Positions 61,511 to 64,000 of a DNA stretch of 64,000 bases are shown here, piece by piece (the first letter of the stretch is position 1; each line of letters starts with the position of its first letter). The translations under genes and the position numbers were made by a program. Source of the DNA: Felis catus (taxonomy: Eukaryota); the NCBI RefSeq assembly GCF_018350175.1, contig NC_058375.1, forward strand, positions 203,360,001 to 203,424,000, written 5' to 3'. Below the pieces are notes generated by a model. The model worked only from the letters and a program-made list of their open reading frames with translations. It did not search any database and was not told the DNA's origin.

Positions 61511-61716
61511 CGGAACTGTGTCGCCCCATGTTGGTGTGTCCCCTGGAGGGGCCTGAGGGCGTGCGGGGCAGGGAATGCTTTCTCCGGGTCACTTCTGGCC
61601 ACCTGTTTGAGGTGGAACTCCAAGCGGCCCGGACCCTGGCACGGCTGGAGCTCCAGAGTCTAGAGGCGGCTGAGGTGGAGCCCGAGCCTCGGACTGGCAG
61701 AGAAGCGGTGCTCGAG
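61511..61716 (+). CDS. STK11IP: STK11IP coding exon 14
   Basis: ELCRPMLVCPLEGPEGVRGRECFLRVT...VLE. Confidence 0.9.
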
Positions 61717-62203
61717 GTGAGCGGTGGTGTTAGGGGTCCTGGAAGAGGGGCTGGGCTTTTTGCAGGAGCCGACTCGGACAGCATGGCTGTTGGGTGCCAA
61801 GCCCTGGACTGCGAGTTTCCCACAGTCTCTCGTTGGCTCTTGGAGCAGAAGAGGGAAGCTGCGGGGGCAAAGGCATGGCCCCAGGCAGCCTGGGAGGCTG
61901 GGCTGCTGAGCTGGAGCGTGGATGGCAGCAGGAGCATTTTCATGACATCCAGAGCTACTGTTGTCTGCCATGCTGTCAGTATAACTGGAATCCCTCNNNN
62001 NNNNNNNNNNNNNNNNNNNNNNNNNNNNNNNNNNNNNNNNNNNNNNNNNNNNNNNNNNNNNNNNNNNNNNNNNNNNNNNNNNNNNNNNNNNNNNNNNNNN
62101 NNNNNNNNNNNNNNNNNNNNNNNNNNNNNNNNNNNNNNNNNNNNNNNNNNNNNNNNNNNNNNNNNNNNNNNNNNNNNNNNNNNNNNNNNNNNNNNNNNNN
62201 NNN

Positions 62204-62392
62204 TTTTTGAAAGAGACAGAGACAGAGTGTGACTGGGGGAGGGGCAGAGAGAGGGAGACATGGAACCTGAAGCAGGCTCCAGGCTCTGAGCTGTCAGCAC
62301 AGAACCTGCTGTAGGGCTCGAACCCACGAACCATGAAATCATGACCTGAGCCAAAGTTGGACGCTTAACCGACTGAGCCACCCAGGCGCCCC
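62204..62392 (-). mobile_element. CAN-SINE
   Basis: Typical. Confidence 0.9.
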
Positions 62393-62433
62393 TTCTCTAC
62401 TCTTTTCTACGCAGTCCCCCTCTTTGTGTGCAG

Positions 62434-62550
62434 GGCTCAGATCCGCTCCCCAGGGCCCCTGTCCTTGTTCTGCGTTTCTCCTATATTTGCCCTGACCGGC
62501 AGCTGCGTCGATATGTGGTGCTGGAGCCCGATGCCCATGCAGCTATCCAG
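62434..62550 (+). CDS. STK11IP: STK11IP coding exon 15
   Basis: GSDPLPRAPVLVLRFSYICPDRQLRRYVVLEPDAHAAIQ. Confidence 0.9.
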
Positions 62551-62651
62551 GTAATGGGGCCCGGAGCGAGGCCCAGGAGGCTGGGGAAGGATTGGGGGGT
62601 CAAGGGCCAGGGTCCATTGCTCACAGCTGCTTCTGGCCAACCCTGTATCAG

Positions 62652-62829
62652 GAGCTGCTTGCCGTGTTGACCCAAGCAGCCACCACGGCTCAGTGTCAGC
62701 TTGGGGAAGCAAGAGACCCGCCGAGGGGCAGACTCCAGTGTCTACGTTGTGGCCATGAGTTCAAGCCAGAGGAGCCCAGGTTGGGATTAGACAGTGAGGA
62801 AGGCTGGAGGCCTCTGTTCCAAGAGACAG
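62652..62829 (+). CDS. STK11IP: STK11IP coding exon 16 (gene continues past the window)
   Basis: ELLAVLT...LQCLRCGHEFKPEE...WRPLFQET; donor GTACG. Confidence 0.9.
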
Positions 62830-64000
62830 GTACGGGCCCTGCCCTTGGCCTTCCTGCCCACACCTCTCCCACCATTTCAGAGACAGTGGCTTTGAGGGAG
62901 GGAGTGTGGAGGGGGAACCCCAGGGCAGGGAAGGAATTGGGACCAGCTTTTCTGCCTGGAGGAAAATAGACTCATCTGTCTGATACATTTATCAAAAAAA
63001 AAAAAAAAAAAAAGAGCAAAAAGAGAAATTATATTCTTTCTTTTTGAAAGCCGGGAAATACAATCTCTGAAACTATTTAAACGTACTCATTATTTTTTCA
63101 TAACTTGAAGGCTCTTTCCACTTTTTCTGGCTAAGATTTAGAAACTGCATAAGAGCTCCTGAGCTCTCACTGCAGTATCGGGTGTAGTGCTGTCCTCTGA
63201 GTGTGTTTGGCTGTGGAGTAAGATGCTGTGGGAGTTGGCTGAGATTGTCCTTCCTTGACTGACCTTGGAAGCTACTTCATATCGAGTGGTGCCTCATGGC
63301 ATCTTTTCACACTGTGTTCTTTAACGGGAGAGATTTTTTCCACTGTAGATCGGTCAAAAAGCTATGTCTTTGAGGACATTAAAGAAGAAAGAAATATTCT
63401 CGATAACGTCTGTGTTGAAACGTATGACTTTTAGTAGCCACTTTTTTCTTCTTGGCAGCGGCTAGCGCAGAGGTTGAAAGTTTATCGAGAAAATAGACCC
63501 CTTTCCACCCCCCTCTCTAAACCGCCCTCCCCAGAGGTCCAGAAGTACAATGCACACAGTGGAAAGAGCCCCGTCCCCTCTAAGACCTTTCTGTGCTCCA
63601 CAGGGTCACGTGGCCCCTGGGGTCCCTTCAGTGGGTCATTATCATTGAACGCTCCTGTGTGTTACGTCCTCTTTTTATTTGAGCCTTGGTTACCTCATCT
63701 GAACAAAGAAGGGAGTGAACTTGTCCTCTGTACTGTTAGGAGATTGAAACGTGACAGAAAGACGCCAGGCACAGTGTCTGGCACAAAGCACAGGTCCTCC
63801 GTAAATGGTAGCTACCACCGCTAGCCTCAGCTCCACGGTCTCAGTCCAGGTACGTTCAGTTATTAGAGCGTTGCTTTCCTCATTTGCAAAATGGGGTCGG
63901 GAGAGTTTTGATTCTGTCGTCAGAGGTTCTGGCGTATGCCCAGCACGCTATAGCTGCTCAAGGAATGTTTTTTCTCTTGCTGCCGATCCCTGACCTGGGT

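Overview
Mammalian genomic DNA, almost certainly a felid (abundant CAN-SINEs, including the young cat-type subfamily). It carries the conserved syntenic block CHPF(-) / TMEM198(+) / OBSL1(-) / INHA(+) / STK11IP(+). I traced the exons by GT-AG boundaries and reading frame. CHPF has 4 coding exons and is cut at the window start. TMEM198 has 4 coding exons (360 aa). OBSL1 has 21 exons (1896 aa if the N-gaps are true to size). INHA has 2 exons (368 aa). STK11IP shows 16 coding exons and is cut at the window end. The INHA-STK11IP intergenic region is repeat-rich and hides a SINE-fragmented UBXN2B (p37) processed pseudogene. Most notable: (1) the two shorter OBSL1 isoforms appear to take their 3' ends from transposons, an exonised MER102-like hAT element in intron 8 and a MIR-derived AATAAA in intron 14; (2) the UBXN2B retrocopy has three extra inserts that look like fossilised cassette exons; (3) an ERV LTR ends 14 nt from an STK11IP splice acceptor; (4) two decayed TGACC-core repeat arrays fill introns. 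Gene, isoform and repeat-family identities come from recall of mammalian sequences, not from a database search. Ten N-gaps hide parts of several features.
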